A stretch of DNA of 62,815 nucleotides, filler included, from 4 parts of 4 records of this genome joined end to end with filler, not necessarily neighbours in it, one strand, 5' to 3'. Counted from the whole stretch's first letter, positions 46,654 to 56,637 are shown. Notes: generated by a model not told the origin, from the letters alone. Made by a program: numbers and translations.

Positions 46654-47295
46654 ATGCCGGAACTTCTCTGGAACCGCGCGCCCGCCACGCCCGTCGCCAC
46701 CCTGGTGCTGGCCCACGGTGCCGGCGCGCCCATGGACAGCCCGTTCATGGCGACCATGGCGGGGCTGCTGGCGGAGCGCGGCATCGAGGTGGTGCGCTTT
46801 GAGTTCGCCTACATGGCCCGGCGCCGCGAAGAAGGCATCAAGGCGCCGCCGGATCGTGCCCCCCGGCTGATGGCGTGTTTCCAGGCGGTGCTGGACGAGG
46901 TGCGCCGGACGGCGCCGGGCCCGGTCTGGGTGGGCGGCAAGTCCATGGGCGGACGCATGGCGACCATGCTGGCGGCGGACCCGGACACCGCCCCGGACGG
47001 GTGCGTGGTGTTCGGCTACCCCTTCCATCCCCCCGGCAAACCGGAAAAGACGCGGCTGGATCATTTCCCGGCGCTGGCGGCGCCGGTGCTGATTTGCCAG
47101 GGGGAGCGGGACCCGTTCGGAAAGCCCCCGGAAGTGGCCGGCTACAGCCTGCCGTCCCGGGTAACCTTGCACTGGGTACCCGACGGCGATCACGATCTCA
47201 CGCCGCGCAAACGCAGCGGCATCGACCCGCGGGCGAACCTGGCCGGCGCCGCCGACCGGGCCGCTGATTTTATTCGCGGGCGGGTTTCTCGGTGA
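46654..47295 (+). CDS. alpha/beta hydrolase
   Basis: LAHGAGAPMDS, GGKSMGGR nucleophile elbow, GYPFHPPGK, QGERDPFG, DGDHDL. Confidence 0.9.
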   Translation: MPELLWNRAPATPVATLVLAHGAGAPMDSPFMATMAGLLAERGIEVVRFEFAYMARRREEGIKAPPDRAPRLMACFQAVLDEVRRTAPGPVWVGGKSMGGRMATMLAADPDTAPDGCVVFGYPFHPPGKPEKTRLDHFPALAAPVLICQGERDPFGKPPEVAGYSLPSRVTLHWVPDGDHDLTPRKRSGIDPRANLAGAADRAADFIRGRVSR

Positions 47296-47743
47296 CCCAC
47301 AGGTGGATGGTGCCTTCCACCACCACGGTGCCGTCGTCGCGGTACGCGGTCACCGTCACCGGCAACTCGGGGCCGTTTTCCCAGGCACCCGGCGCGACCT
47401 CGGCAATGGCGGTGATGTCCGAGGTGGCCTTGGCGGTATAGCGCACGTCCATGCCCTTGGGAATCCAGCGCAGGTGCTTGGGAATCGACGCTTCCGCCAG
47501 CGCCCCCATGGCGGCTTCCATGGCGTTGCATATGGCGATCACATGCACGGTGCCGATATGGTTCTCCACCGCCCTGCGCTTCTTGAAGGTGACCTTGCAG
47601 TAATCCGGGCGCAGCTCCGCGATCAGCGGTTTGATGGTGCCGAAATAGGGCGCCTTGCGGCTGAACATGATCGAGAAAAGCCGGCGGCCGCGGGGCAGTT
47701 TCGCCGCTTTCTGGTACATCTTGAGTAGATAGTTGTCGCTCAT
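47270..47743 (-). CDS. hotdog-fold thioesterase-like protein (DUF4442/PaaI-like)
   Basis: APYFGTI, NHIGTVHVIAICN, WIPKGMDVRYTAKA; start 47743, not the ORF-track 48490. Confidence 0.85.
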   Translation of the reverse strand: MSDNYLLKMYQKAAKLPRGRRLFSIMFSRKAPYFGTIKPLIAELRPDYCKVTFKKRRAVENHIGTVHVIAICNAMEAAMGALAEASIPKHLRWIPKGMDVRYTAKATSDITAIAEVAPGAWENGPELPVTVTAYRDDGTVVVEGTIHLWVTEKPARE

Positions 47744-47870
47744 GGCGGCCTCGTTGTAAAAGGCTGAGTGTGAACCTTGCCGCCGCCGGCGCAATGGCTG
47801 CCGGGGCGACCTGTTCACGGCGTTAATGCTAGACTTTGCGCTTGCGCAACCGGGCAGAGGGAACGACGAC

Positions 47871-50753
47871 ATGGACACACCGATACAATGGTGGCGCTCG
47901 CGGGGATGGGGCGCCCGGATTCTGGCGATTCTGGCCCTGTTGTATGTGTTGTACGCGCTGACGGTGTTTTTGATTCTGCCCGGCTGGGCGCGTGGGGAGA
48001 TCGAGCAGCGGTTGTCCGGTCTGCTGGGGCGGGACGTGACCGTGGAAGAAGTGCGGCTCAACCCGCTGACGCTGTCGGCCACCGCGGAACGGTTCCGGAT
48101 CGCGGATCCGGACACCGACTTCCTGGCCCGGTTTGACCGCCTGTACGTGAATACCTCCTTCTGGGCGTCGCTGTTCCACTGGCGCCCCTGGGTCAGCGAT
48201 GTGGACCTGGCCGGCCTGGAGGTCCGCCTGCGCCGGGGCGAGAACGGCACCCTCAACCTGGACGACATCGTCACCCGCCTGCGCGAAAGCGGCGAAGAGG
48301 ACACCGCCGACGAGCCCCCGCCGGAAGACGAAGCCTCCGGTCCGCCCGCGTTCACCATCAGCCATCTGCGCCTGTCCGAAGGCCGCGTGACGCTGAACGA
48401 CGTGTCCGGCAGCGAGCCCAGTTCCCTGACTCTGCCGGTGGCGTTCAGCATCGAGGACCTGACCACCCGGGGCGTGGGTGAAGAAGACAACCTTTACCAG
48501 ATGCACGTCGAAGGCCCCGACGGCGGCACCCTGGATTGGCGCGGCCGCTTTGTGTTCGAGCCGCTGACCGTGGAAGGCCGCCTGCAAATGGACAAGGTGG
48601 ACGTGGCCGCCTTCACCCGTTTGCTGGAGCCGCATTTTCCGTTCCAGGTGCCGTCCGGCATGCTCGGGCTGGCGGCGGATTACCGCTACGGCACCGGGGA
48701 CGGCGAAGGCCTGACCGTGGACAACGGCCGTTTCCAGCTGGACCGGCTGCGCATTCTTCGCGACGGCAACGAGGCGCCCAGCTTCGAGGTGCCCACCCTC
48801 AAGGTGGACGGCGTCAGCCTGGATCTCACCGAGCGCCGTGTCAGCGTGCCGGAAGTGACCTTGACCGAGCCGGCGATGCGGGCGGTGCTGACCGGCGAAG
48901 GGCTGGACCTGGCCACGTTGTTTTTGCCGTCCGATCCGGACCGGGCCCGGGAGACCCGTGAAAAGGTGCGCGAGGAAGCGGACCAATCCGCCGAGCGGAT
49001 CCGCGAAGGCGAGGCCTGGGCCGTCACCCTGGACCGGTTCAAGGTGGAGAACGGCAGCGTGGTGTTCCGCGACCAGACCCTGCCCGAGCCGGTTGAAGTA
49101 ACGCTCAGTGAAGGGGCTCTCAACCTCACCGATTTCCGCGTCGAGGACAGCGTCCGCTGGCAGTGGGAGGGGAGCGCCGTGCTGGCGGAAAGCGGCCGCC
49201 TGTCGCACTCCGGCACCGGACAGCTTGCGCCGCTGAAGGTGTCCGCCGATCTCGACCTCGAGGAGTTGCCGCTGACCACGCTGTCACCCTGGCTCGCCAA
49301 CGCCGTGCCGTTGACCATCGAGCAGGGCCGCGCCGGCGGCGAGCTGGCGCTCACCGTGGCCGGCGATACGCCGGATATCACCGTCACCGGCCGCGCCAGC
49401 GTGGCGGACGCCGACATCCGCGAAAACGGCCGCGAGACCCTCAGCGTGGCGCGTTTGGCCGCCGACGGTTTGAGTGTCAAAACCGCCGACCGTCGCGTAA
49501 CCGTGGACGGCCTGGCCGGCCGCGGCATTGATTTTCGCCATCTTCTCGACGAGCAGGGCCGCGGCTTGATGACGCGCCTGGCCGGCGACGATGACGGCGA
49601 GGACGGCGGTCCGGCCTGGCGGGTGATGCTCGGGCGCGTGTCGGTGGAAGAGTCCCGGCTGGCGCACCGGGACAACACCCTGACCCCGGATTTCGACGTC
49701 ACGCTGGAGCAGTGGAGCGGCGTCATGGAAAACTTCGACACCGGCTCCGGCCGCGCCCGGCTGGAGACCTCGGGACGCGTAAACGGCCAGGCCCGCCTGC
49801 GCGCCCAGGGCGATCTGGCGGTGAGCCCGCTGTACCTGGACCTCACCGGGCAGCTGGACGGCTACGGCATGGAAACCCTGACCCCCTTCACCACCCGTTA
49901 TCTGGGCTTCGGGGTCGAGCGCGGTCGTCTGGACGTGGACACCGAAGTGTCGATCGAGGACGGCCAGCTGGACAGCACCACCAAGATCGCCGCCGACAAG
50001 TTCTACCTGGGCGAACGGGTGGACAGCGAACAGGCGCTGGACGCGCCGGTGAAGCTGGGCCTGTCGGTGCTGCGCGACAGCTCCGGCATGATCCGCCTGC
50101 CGGTGACCATCTCCGGTGATCTCAATGATCCGGGCTTCAGCGCCGGCGGCGTGGTGTTGCGGGTGATCCGCAATGTGCTGGTGAAAGCCGCCACCGCGCC
50201 GTTCTCCATGCTCGCCAGCCTCGCCGGCGGCGGCGACGACGACCTGCAATACCTGCCTTTCCGGGCCGGCGACGACCGGCCCACGGGGGAGACGCGCGAT
50301 AAGGTGGCGCGCCTGGCGGACATTCTTAAGGACCGGGATAACCTGACGGTGATCCTCACCGGGCAGGCCGGTGACGACGACCGGCGCGCGCTCGGCGAAG
50401 CCGAGGTGATCGACGACCTGGGCGGTGACTGGCCGGGCCTGGACACCGCGCTCACCGGCGAAGACTGGCGCGAACGTATCCTCGACACCTATGAGGACCG
50501 CCTGGACCGCGACCGGGACACCCTGGAAGGCGACAGCGACGCCGATCGCGCCCGGGAAGCCTGGCGGCGGATGCTGGAACAGGCGGCCGCCGAGGTGGAC
50601 GACGAGACCCTTCTGGAGCTCGCCGGGGAGCGGGCCCGGCAGGCCCGTGACCAGCTGATCGAAGAGCACGGCCTGCCCGAGGACCAGGTGCGGCTGGGCG
50701 ATCCCCGCGCCGACGGCGACGTGACCGGGGTGGGCCTGGGCGTCGACTCCTGA
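47871..50753 (+). CDS. DUF748-domain (AsmA-like) protein
   Basis: N-terminal TM anchor, VRLNPLTLS, repeated beta-rich units, APVKLGLSVLRDSSGMI.LPV.ISGDLNDP.FS. Confidence 0.85.
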   Translation: MDTPIQWWRSRGWGARILAILALLYVLYALTVFLILPGWARGEIEQRLSGLLGRDVTVEEVRLNPLTLSATAERFRIADPDTDFLARFDRLYVNTSFWASLFHWRPWVSDVDLAGLEVRLRRGENGTLNLDDIVTRLRESGEEDTADEPPPEDEASGPPAFTISHLRLSEGRVTLNDVSGSEPSSLTLPVAFSIEDLTTRGVGEEDNLYQMHVEGPDGGTLDWRGRFVFEPLTVEGRLQMDKVDVAAFTRLLEPHFPFQVPSGMLGLAADYRYGTGDGEGLTVDNGRFQLDRLRILRDGNEAPSFEVPTLKVDGVSLDLTERRVSVPEVTLTEPAMRAVLTGEGLDLATLFLPSDPDRARETREKVREEADQSAERIREGEAWAVTLDRFKVENGSVVFRDQTLPEPVEVTLSEGALNLTDFRVEDSVRWQWEGSAVLAESGRLSHSGTGQLAPLKVSADLDLEELPLTTLSPWLANAVPLTIEQGRAGGELALTVAGDTPDITVTGRASVADADIRENGRETLSVARLAADGLSVKTADRRVTVDGLAGRGIDFRHLLDEQGRGLMTRLAGDDDGEDGGPAWRVMLGRVSVEESRLAHRDNTLTPDFDVTLEQWSGVMENFDTGSGRARLETSGRVNGQARLRAQGDLAVSPLYLDLTGQLDGYGMETLTPFTTRYLGFGVERGRLDVDTEVSIEDGQLDSTTKIAADKFYLGERVDSEQALDAPVKLGLSVLRDSSGMIRLPVTISGDLNDPGFSAGGVVLRVIRNVLVKAATAPFSMLASLAGGGDDDLQYLPFRAGDDRPTGETRDKVARLADILKDRDNLTVILTGQAGDDDRRALGEAEVIDDLGGDWPGLDTALTGEDWRERILDTYEDRLDRDRDTLEGDSDADRAREAWRRMLEQAAAEVDDETLLELAGERARQARDQLIEEHGLPEDQVRLGDPRADGDVTGVGLGVDS

Positions 50754-51499
50754 TGGCGGTGGTCTGGCAGCGTCAGGAAGACGGTGTGCTGTATCAGGTA
50801 CACCGCCGCGGCGACCGCATGCGCCTGTTCGCCAACGGTGTGCAGCACTCCGAGTTCCACCCCAAGCGGCTGGTCACCGGCAGCGTCTGGGACCTGCTCT
50901 GGTTGCCGGCGCTGCTCAGTGAGCCGCAGCGCTTCCGGCGGGTGCTGATTCTGGGGCTGGGCGGCGGCACCCTGCTGCCGCCGATCCGCGAACTGCTGGC
51001 CCCGGACAAGCTGATCGCGGTGGAGCTGGACCCGCACCACCTGGCGGTGGCCCGCGAGGTGTTTTCGGTGGTGGGCGAGGGCGAGCAGACCGTGCTCGGC
51101 GACGCGGTGGCCTGGCTCAATGCCTACGACGGCGAGCCGTTCGATCTGATCATCGAAGATCTGTTCGCCCCGGATAACGAGGCGGTCAGTCGGGCGGTGC
51201 CCGCCGACCGGGCCTGGGTGCGGACCCTGGCCCGGCACGTCAGCGCACGCGGCACCCTGGTGATGAATTTCGGCGATTTCACCGAATACCGGCAAAGCCA
51301 CGCCGCCGACCAGCACGCCATGAAAGGCTGGAGCAGCCGCTTCCGGTTATCTTGCGGCGACTGCCACAACGCGGTGGTGGCCTTCACCCGCGACCCGGCG
51401 CGCAGCGTGCATCTGCGCCGCCGTCTGCAGCAGGACGCCCGGCTGGCGCCGCTGCTGCGCCGGGGGCGCCTGGATTACCACATTCGCCAGCTCGACTGA
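50753..51499 (+). CDS. spermidine-synthase-like SAM-dependent methyltransferase
   Basis: LILGLGGG, AVELDP, GDA, FDLIIEDLF; TGATG overlap with the DUF748 gene. Confidence 0.8.
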   Translation: MAVVWQRQEDGVLYQVHRRGDRMRLFANGVQHSEFHPKRLVTGSVWDLLWLPALLSEPQRFRRVLILGLGGGTLLPPIRELLAPDKLIAVELDPHHLAVAREVFSVVGEGEQTVLGDAVAWLNAYDGEPFDLIIEDLFAPDNEAVSRAVPADRAWVRTLARHVSARGTLVMNFGDFTEYRQSHAADQHAMKGWSSRFRLSCGDCHNAVVAFTRDPARSVHLRRRLQQDARLAPLLRRGRLDYHIRQLD

Positions 51500-51507
51500 G
51501 CCGGCGC

Positions 51508-53445
51508 CTAATCCATCATCGCCAGGGAGTAGGGCGTGCCGCGCTCGTCGGGCCGCAGCAGCACCAGTTCTTCCCGGTTGCCGTGCAAGCCCTGGAACAG
51601 CACCCGGTAGGTGAGCACCGCCTGCACGTATTCCCGGGTTTCATAGAAGGGAATGGACTCGATCCAGACGTCCGCCGGCACCGCGTCCTCTTCCTCGGCG
51701 AGCCAGTCGTCCACCCGGTGCGGGCCGGCGTTATAAGCGGCCAGCGCCAGCACCCGGTTGCCGTTGAACCGCTCCAGCAACTCCGCCAGATAACGGGTGC
51801 CCAGGGCCACGTTGATGTCCGGGTCCATCACCTGGCGGGCGTCGGGCGGGGTCTGGCCGGCGTCGCGCGCCACTTTGCGGGCGGTGCCCGGCATCAGCTG
51901 CATCAGGCCCTGGGCGCCCACCGGGGAACGGGCGTGGGGATAAAACGCGCTTTCGCGGCGCGCCACCGCCATGCTTAGCCAGGGGTCCAGATCGTGGCGA
52001 CGGGCGGCGTTCACGAACAGGTCCCGGTGCGCGGCCGGGAAGCGCCAGGCCAGCACGTTCCAGGCACGGGCCTGAATCGACGCCTGCACCACCAGGTCGT
52101 ACCAGCCTTGCTGCAAGGCGTGCTGCGCCAGCTTGCGGCGCTGCCCCTCGCTGCTGTGCCAGAGCATCCAGTTCCACTCGTCCCAGGCCAGTTGCGGCTC
52201 GTCGATCTCCCGCAGCAGCGCCACCCGCGCCAGGCCCGGTTGCGTCGGGGCACTGTCGTCGGTGGTCGGCGAGGCATTGCTGAACACCGGGGCCTGGCCG
52301 AGCCGTTCGGCGGCCAGGAAGCCATAGAAGTTACGCTGCCCGGCGGCGCGCCCCCAGTGGGCGCGGGCTGCCTCATCATCGCCGTTCTCCTCGGCGGCAC
52401 GGCCCAGCCAGTACTGCCAGCGGCTGTCGTCGCGCGCCGCCGCCGGCAGGCGGGCCACCCAGTCAGGCAGCTCGTCCCAGCGCTGTTCGATCACGCTACG
52501 CCGGGCGCGCTGGTCCAGGGTGTCCGCGCTGCCGTTGTTGGCCAGCCAGCCGTCCAGCCATTGGCGGTTCTCTTCAATGCCGCGAATCGTGGAGTACCAG
52601 GCAATGCGCTCCGCGGCGCGCTCGCGCAGGGCCGGGTCCTTGAGACCCAGGTTGGCGCTTTCCTGTTCAAACAGCTCCCGGGCGCGCACCGTGTCGGTGT
52701 AGGCGAGACGGCGCAGGGCGGCGCTGAGCAATTGTTCACGACGTTCATCACCGATGCCCTCAGGCAGCTCGCGCAGCCGCTCCGGGTCCCGGTGCAGGCG
52801 GCCCAGCCACTCGCCGGCGGTGGCGTCGGCGCCGCTCTGCATGTCGGCCAGGTAGCTCATCAGGCCGGTGGCGCCCTGGTCGAAGGCGAGCAGCAGACGT
52901 TCCCAGATTTCCTGTTCGCCGATCACGCCCTGGTCCCGGGCGGCTTCGAACAGCGGGTCGCAACTGGACGGTCTTGAGCTGCCGGAAAGCCAGAGCTCGC
53001 GAACCTGCGGCAGCACACCCTTGTCGCCGTTTTCCCACTGGGCGCGCAGGTAATAGCAGCGCAGCTCGGTGCCCCGTGGCGCGCGGTCGTAGACCTTCAG
53101 CACGTCGCGCCAGCGCGATTCCTTGGCGTAAGCCACCAGGGCGTGCTGGCGGATATCGTCGGGCAGCGGCGAATCCGGGTAGCGCTCGCCGTATTCCACC
53201 ACGCGCTGCGGTGAGAGATCGGGCAGGGCGGCGCGCAGCCGGTGGAATTCCAGGTAAGCCTGCAGCGGGTGATCGTCGGACAGGCGTTTCTGTGCCTGCG
53301 CCAGACCGTTCCAATCATCATTGCGGGCGGCGTGCAGCGCTTCTTCAAACACGCTGTCGCTGTTATCGGCGCAGGCCAGGGACGCCACTAGAATACCAAT
53401 AGCCAGAACTGCGGAACGGACCATCCTTTGCCTCCACAACATCAT
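51508..53445 (-). CDS. slt: soluble lytic murein transglycosylase (Slt70-like)
   Basis: Signal peptide, superhelical N-domain, ARRESAF, GLMQLMP, AAYNAGP, IPFYETREYV. Confidence 0.92.
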   Translation of the reverse strand: MMLWRQRMVRSAVLAIGILVASLACADNSDSVFEEALHAARNDDWNGLAQAQKRLSDDHPLQAYLEFHRLRAALPDLSPQRVVEYGERYPDSPLPDDIRQHALVAYAKESRWRDVLKVYDRAPRGTELRCYYLRAQWENGDKGVLPQVRELWLSGSSRPSSCDPLFEAARDQGVIGEQEIWERLLLAFDQGATGLMSYLADMQSGADATAGEWLGRLHRDPERLRELPEGIGDERREQLLSAALRRLAYTDTVRARELFEQESANLGLKDPALRERAAERIAWYSTIRGIEENRQWLDGWLANNGSADTLDQRARRSVIEQRWDELPDWVARLPAAARDDSRWQYWLGRAAEENGDDEAARAHWGRAAGQRNFYGFLAAERLGQAPVFSNASPTTDDSAPTQPGLARVALLREIDEPQLAWDEWNWMLWHSSEGQRRKLAQHALQQGWYDLVVQASIQARAWNVLAWRFPAAHRDLFVNAARRHDLDPWLSMAVARRESAFYPHARSPVGAQGLMQLMPGTARKVARDAGQTPPDARQVMDPDINVALGTRYLAELLERFNGNRVLALAAYNAGPHRVDDWLAEEEDAVPADVWIESIPFYETREYVQAVLTYRVLFQGLHGNREELVLLRPDERGTPYSLAMMD

Positions 53446-53582
53446 CTGATTCGCGCATTCTAGCGGTAGGAAAGCACCCGGGGCGTGGTGTTTATGTAAA
53501 ACTTCAAGCGCGCCGTGAAGGCCGGATTTATCCCCCGGGGCCGGGTTTGTTTATAATGCCCGATTTGCCGAGGCGCCAAGCG

Positions 53583-54548
53583 ATGGAAAACAGCACACGG
53601 TTACTGTGGCGACAGGAAGAGAGCCTGGCCGGACGGCGGGTTCTGGTGGTCGACGCCAACGACCCGGAGCTGGCCGACTTGCCCGCCGAGCAGGTCTATC
53701 TGCACGCCGACGATTACACCGTCGGTGCCCACCAGTGGGCGCCTCTGCCCACGCTCCCCGAGGACACCGACCTGGTGATCCTGCCGTTGCCGAAATCGTC
53801 GGAGCGCCTGGAACTGTTGCTGCGCGGCCTTGCCGGCAGCGTCGAGGAACCGCTGGAGGTGTGGCTGGTGGGGCCGGCCAAGGGCGGCATCCGCGGCGGC
53901 GTGACGCGGCTGTCCCGGCACGCCGACGGGGTGACCCTGGTGGACAGCGCCCGTCACTGCAAAGTCTATCGCGGCGCCTTGCGGCCGGGGCCGGCACTCT
54001 CCCTGGAGCAGGTGGAAAGCGTGGTGCGCGTCGACGACCTGGACGTGATCAGCTATCCGGGGGTGTTCAGCCACGGCCGCCTGGACGAAGGCACCGCCCT
54101 GTTGCTGCAGGCGCTCGCCGAGGCGGCGCCCCGCGGCAAGGCGTTGGATATGGGTTGCGGCTGCGGGGTGATCACCGCCGCGCTGGCCCATGCCGGCTGC
54201 AACGTGACCGGCACCGATGTGAGCGCCACCGCAGTGGCCGCCGCCTGCAGCACCCTCAACCGCAACCACTTGCAGGGCAAGGTGGTGGGCGGGGACCTCT
54301 ACGGCGGCGTGGAGGGGCGTTACCAGACCCTGGTGACCAACCCACCGTTCCACGACGGCCGTGACCGCACCATGTCGATCACCCGGCGCCTGATCGAACA
54401 GGCGCCGCGCCATCTTGAGGAAAACGGTGAATTCTGGATGGTGGCGAACCGCGAGCTGCCCTATGTGCAGTGGCTCGACGCCGCCTTCCGGCACGTGCAG
54501 GTGGTGAGCGAAACCAACCGCTTTCGCGTCTACCGGGCGCTGCGCTAA
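53583..54548 (+). CDS. rsmC: 16S rRNA m2G1207 methyltransferase
   Basis: DSARHC, PGVFSHGRLDEGT, DMGCGCG, NPPFH, VANRELPY. Confidence 0.88.
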   Translation: MENSTRLLWRQEESLAGRRVLVVDANDPELADLPAEQVYLHADDYTVGAHQWAPLPTLPEDTDLVILPLPKSSERLELLLRGLAGSVEEPLEVWLVGPAKGGIRGGVTRLSRHADGVTLVDSARHCKVYRGALRPGPALSLEQVESVVRVDDLDVISYPGVFSHGRLDEGTALLLQALAEAAPRGKALDMGCGCGVITAALAHAGCNVTGTDVSATAVAAACSTLNRNHLQGKVVGGDLYGGVEGRYQTLVTNPPFHDGRDRTMSITRRLIEQAPRHLEENGEFWMVANRELPYVQWLDAAFRHVQVVSETNRFRVYRALR

Positions 54549-55525
54549 AGGCGCCCGGTCTCGCGCATCCAGTCGATGCAGCGGCGCAGCATGGTTTCCA
54601 GCGGCACCGTGGCGTCGAACCCCAGCTCCTGCACCGCTTTGCTGCCATCCGCGTGAACCCGGCTGGTGACCAGCGCCACCTTCTCCGGGGTCAGGCGCGG
54701 TTCCTGCCGGGTGAACAGCCCGCCGACCGCGTAGACCTGCCCGGCCAGCCGCAGCAGCCAGACCGGCATCGGTTTGCGCGGAGTGGGCCGGTCGAGCAGC
54801 CGGCCGATGGTATTGGCCAGCTCCAGAAAGCTGGCCTCGACGCCGGCAAGAATATAGTTCTCGCCGCGCACTCCTTTCTCCACCGCCGTCAGGTGCGCCC
54901 GCGCCACTTCCTCCACCGCGCAGAAGTTACCGCCGCCGGGCGGCACGCCGGGCAGCTTGCGCTGCTCGATCAGCGTGATCATCTGCGACCAGTTGTGGGT
55001 GTCACCGGCGCCGATAATGCCGCAGGGGTTGAGAATCACCGCGTCGAGACCGTGCTGCATACCGTGGCGGATCTCTTCCTCGGCCAGATACTTGGTGCGG
55101 TTATAGCCGATCCAGTCGTCGGCGGCGTTGGACGGTGACGCCTCGTCGATGGCCTCGTCCTGGATGCCCCAGGCGGAAATCGAGGAGGTATGAATAAAGC
55201 GCCCGGCCTGGTTGCGCAGCGCGGCGGTGATCAACGCCCGGGTGCCCATCACATTGTCCTGGTACTGGCGCTGGTTCAGGTGCCGCCAAAGGCTGGTATT
55301 GCCCGCCACATGGAACACCGCGTCCACCGCCGGCGGCATTACCAGGGTGACTTCCGTGGCGTTGTCCATCGGCGCCTCCACCACTTTGACCCCCAGGGCG
55401 GACAGGGCCGCGCCGTCGCTGCCGGGGCGCAGCAGGGCGGTCACTTCCCAGCCGGCGTCGAGCAACTGTCGGGTGATATGGCCGCCCAGAAAACCCCGGG
55501 CACCGGTAATAAAAGCGCTGGGCAT
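54545..55525 (-). CDS. NAD-dependent epimerase/dehydratase (dihydroflavonol-reductase-like)
   Basis: FITGARGFLG, HTSS, YNRTK; AGGAG RBS before ATG 55525. Confidence 0.88.
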   Translation of the reverse strand: MPSAFITGARGFLGGHITRQLLDAGWEVTALLRPGSDGAALSALGVKVVEAPMDNATEVTLVMPPAVDAVFHVAGNTSLWRHLNQRQYQDNVMGTRALITAALRNQAGRFIHTSSISAWGIQDEAIDEASPSNAADDWIGYNRTKYLAEEEIRHGMQHGLDAVILNPCGIIGAGDTHNWSQMITLIEQRKLPGVPPGGGNFCAVEEVARAHLTAVEKGVRGENYILAGVEASFLELANTIGRLLDRPTPRKPMPVWLLRLAGQVYAVGGLFTRQEPRLTPEKVALVTSRVHADGSKAVQELGFDATVPLETMLRRCIDWMRETGRL

Positions 55526-55585
55526 AGCGCGCACTCCTTGTTTCGGTGTGCTACTTATCGCCCAGCGGGCGCCGTCCTGCAACCC

Positions 55586-56455
55586 TCAGCGGATAAAGCC
55601 CGGCCCCTGCCGCCGCACCCGCAGAAAGCTGGGGAAGCGCGGCAGGCCGTGGCGCGTGCGGCCATAAAACTTGTAGGTCACCAGGCTGCCGATCGGCGGC
55701 GGCTCCGCCCGCTGGGCGTCATTGAAACCGCTGCCGAGACGAAAATGCTGCCCGCTCGCGGTTTCCACCAGCAGCGCGCCCATCTTGCCTTCCAGCCGCC
55801 CCTCGCCGGGCAGATGAGCCACCACCCGCGCCTCGGCGTCCTGGTAGGGCTTCACCTTGAGCAGATCCGCCGAGCGGTAGCTGCGGTAGGGGGCGTCGCC
55901 CCGGTGCAGCATCAACCCTTCGCCGCCGGCTTCGATCACTTTCTCCAGGCGCCGGTCGAGCGCCGCCCGGTCGGGGACCTTGAGCTGGCGCACCAGACGC
56001 AAATGCGGATTGTCATGGTCCTTGAGCAACCGGCGCAGGGTTTGCAGGCGTTCGTCGAAGGGGCCCGCCGCCCGGGGCAGGTCGAACACCATGTAATAGA
56101 CATCCCGCCAGTGCTCCGGCCCGGTGTCGTGGCGATTGATCAGGCCCACCATGCGGCTGAAGGTGCCGCGCCCCATCCACAGCTCGCCGTCCAGGGGCTG
56201 CTCCGGGAAGCCCCGGGTGAACGCCGCCGGCACATCGAAGCGGTTGCCGTGGCGGGAAATCAGGTCTTCGCCGTCCCAGTAGGCGCGCACGCCGTCAAAC
56301 TTTTCGCTGACCCAGTAGCGGGAAAGGTCCGCTTCCCCCTGATAGACCCGGGCCTGGGTCAGCGCCGGCACGGTGCGGCCGTGCCCGACACTGGCCACCA
56401 CCACGCCGAACGCCAGCACCGTGGCCAGTACGAAAAGAAAAATTGCACGAGACAT
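55586..56455 (-). CDS. minimal ATP-dependent DNA ligase with signal peptide (Lig E type)
   Basis: SEKFDGVR adenylation motif, LDGELW, EGLML, LLKVK, GSGF, PRFP; hydrophobic N-terminus. Confidence 0.92.
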   Translation of the reverse strand: MSRAIFLFVLATVLAFGVVVASVGHGRTVPALTQARVYQGEADLSRYWVSEKFDGVRAYWDGEDLISRHGNRFDVPAAFTRGFPEQPLDGELWMGRGTFSRMVGLINRHDTGPEHWRDVYYMVFDLPRAAGPFDERLQTLRRLLKDHDNPHLRLVRQLKVPDRAALDRRLEKVIEAGGEGLMLHRGDAPYRSYRSADLLKVKPYQDAEARVVAHLPGEGRLEGKMGALLVETASGQHFRLGSGFNDAQRAEPPPIGSLVTYKFYGRTRHGLPRFPSFLRVRRQGPGFIR

Positions 56456-56610
56456 CCTTGTCCCCTCCCATCAATAAACGGAAGTGGTCAGTCTCCAACA
56501 ATCGGGGACGGGGCTCTGTCGGCCAGGGCTGAAATTGCTGTAAGCCAGAACGGCAAGTTTTGAACGCGATTGATTAAGCGCTCCGGAACATTCTACGAAG
56601 CCGGAGCTTT

Positions 56611-56634
56611 GTGGGAGCTTGCCTTGCAAGCGAA
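56611..56634 (+). repeat. probable REP element at contig end
   Basis: GTGG-GA-GCTTGC-CTT-GCAAGC-GAA: GT(A/G)G tetranucleotide followed by a short palindrome; single copy in this window. Confidence 0.5.
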
Positions 56635-56637
56635 AGG

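Noticed and set aside
47270-47295. 26-nt convergent overlap of the hydrolase and hotdog genes
   Set aside because: Short 3' overlaps are common and imply nothing special
55586-56455. DNA ligase as a prophage or NHEJ marker
   Set aside because: No phage genes or Ku nearby; the signal peptide and minimal architecture fit Lig E
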